Virus record (IMG/VR): IMGVR_UViG_3300044716_001642
Span: 70,418 to 134,417 of that record
DNA: 64,000 bases
Direction: 5' to 3' (one strand)
Source: a virus
The notes under the pieces are model-generated. The model ran no database searches and was not told the origin of the DNA. It was given only the letters and a program-made list of their open reading frames with translations. The translations under genes were made by a program, and so were the position numbers. Shown here in pieces: positions 63,334 to 64,000 of the stretch (position 1 is the first letter of the stretch; each line of letters begins with the position of its first letter).

Positions 63334-64000
63334 TTATGGACGTGAATCTGGATCATTTGGATCAGTACCCTCTATATTTATCTCCACAAAGTCTGAAGTA
63401 CCATCGCTGTCAGTATCTGCAGCATTAGGATTGGTACCATATTGCGCTTCCTGCTCATTTGTTAAACCGTCGCCATCATCATCACCATTTGGATCGGGTG
63501 GAGTAGGCGTTGGGGTAGGCGTTGGGGTAGGCGTTGGGGTAGGCGTTGGGGTAGGCGTTGGGGTTGGCGTTGGGGTTGGCGTTGGGGTAGGCGTTGGGGT
63601 TGGCGTCGGAGTAGGAGTTGGCGTCGGAGTTGGCGTCGGAGTAGGAGTTGGGGTTGGCGTCGGGGTAGGCGTTGGGGTTGGCGTCGGGGTAGGCGTTGGG
63701 GTTGGCGTCGGGGTAGGCGTTGGGGTTGGCGTCGGAGTAGGCGTTGGGGTTGGCGTCGGAGTAGGCGTCGGGGTAGGCGTTGGGGTTGGCGTTGGGGTTG
63801 GCGTTGGGGTAGGCGTTGGAGTTCCCGGACGTGAATCTGGATCATTTGGATCAGTACCCTCTATATTTATCTCCACAAAGTCTGAAGTACCATCGCCGTC
63901 AGTATCTGCAGCATTAGGATTGGTACCATATTGCGCTTCCTGCTCATTTGTTAAACCGTCGCCATCATCATCACCATTTGGATCGGGTGGAGTAGGCGTT
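63334..64000 (-). CDS. Partial CDS (3' part): alternating TSP3-like Ca-binding units and Pro-Thr linkers
   Basis: Frame is open to the window edge (the ORF-track M at 63876 is an internal GTG); [25 protein letters not shown](G/S)DG units; tandem stops TAA TAG. Confidence 0.85.
   Translation of the reverse strand, partial: TPTPPDPNGDDDGDGLTNEQEAQYGTNPNAADTDGDGTSDFVEINIEGTDPNDPDSRPGTPTPTPTPTPTPTPTPTPTPTPTPTPTPTPTPTPTPTPTPTPTPTPTPTPTPTPTPTPTPTPTPTPTPTPTPTPTPTPTPTPTPTPTPTPTPTPTPTPTPTPTPTPTPPDPNGDDDGDGLTNEQEAQYGTNPNAADTDSDGTSDFVEINIEGTDPNDPDSRP
63338..64000. repeat. Near-perfect direct repeat, 63338-63511 vs 63827-64000 (489-bp period)
   Basis: Copies identical by eye except 63408 T vs 63897 C (Ser/Gly). 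Confidence 0.9.
63499..63822 (-). repeat. (Thr-Pro)54 linker encoded by mosaic 6/12-bp units
   Basis: 108 codons, counted from the translation. Confidence 0.92.

Noticed and set aside
63462-63845. Alternative-frame ORF (RQPQRLP repeats), and the + strand ORFs 3540..3833 and 3674..4045
   Set aside because: Shadow frames of low-complexity coding repeats.
1-64000. tRNA genes, rRNA, integrase or transposase
   Set aside because: No cloverleaf other than the tmRNA tRNA-like domain was seen in the intergenic gaps, and no recombinase or transposase motifs were found in the ORFs.

Overview
64 kb segment of a large, AT-rich tailed dsDNA phage genome, almost entirely on the minus strand (plus-strand islands at 4164-4850 and 40554-42106). 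No capsid, portal or terminase genes lie in this window, and the host cannot be determined from it. From left to right: (i) an accessory region with two RNA ligases, a metallophosphoesterase, a tmRNA with a 35-codon tag, an HNH-type endonuclease, a prolyl 4-hydroxylase, a SET-domain protein and a repeat- and Cys-rich protein; (ii) glycosyltransferases; (iii) a replication module in which DNA polymerase III alpha is fragmented (separate PHP gene, DEDDh exonuclease, DnaE-N with split intein N, nested Vsr-like homing endonuclease, split intein C with DnaE-C), plus a Cas4/RecB-like nuclease, primase, DnaB helicase and RecA-like protein; (iv) a GDP-mannose dehydratase/glycosyltransferase/methyltransferase cluster; (v) dUTPase, class Ia RNR, sigma factor and dNMP kinase; (vi) a tail module with a 2731-aa tape measure protein and a Pro-Thr/TSP3-like repeat protein running off the right edge. 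The best candidate for an undescribed system is an array inside the tape measure protein: six G(F/Y)(I/V)P(N/S)F(A/S) motifs delimit five modules, two with PD-(D/E)xK nuclease signatures and one with a GNAT signature. All family assignments come from reading motifs by eye; no database searches were run.
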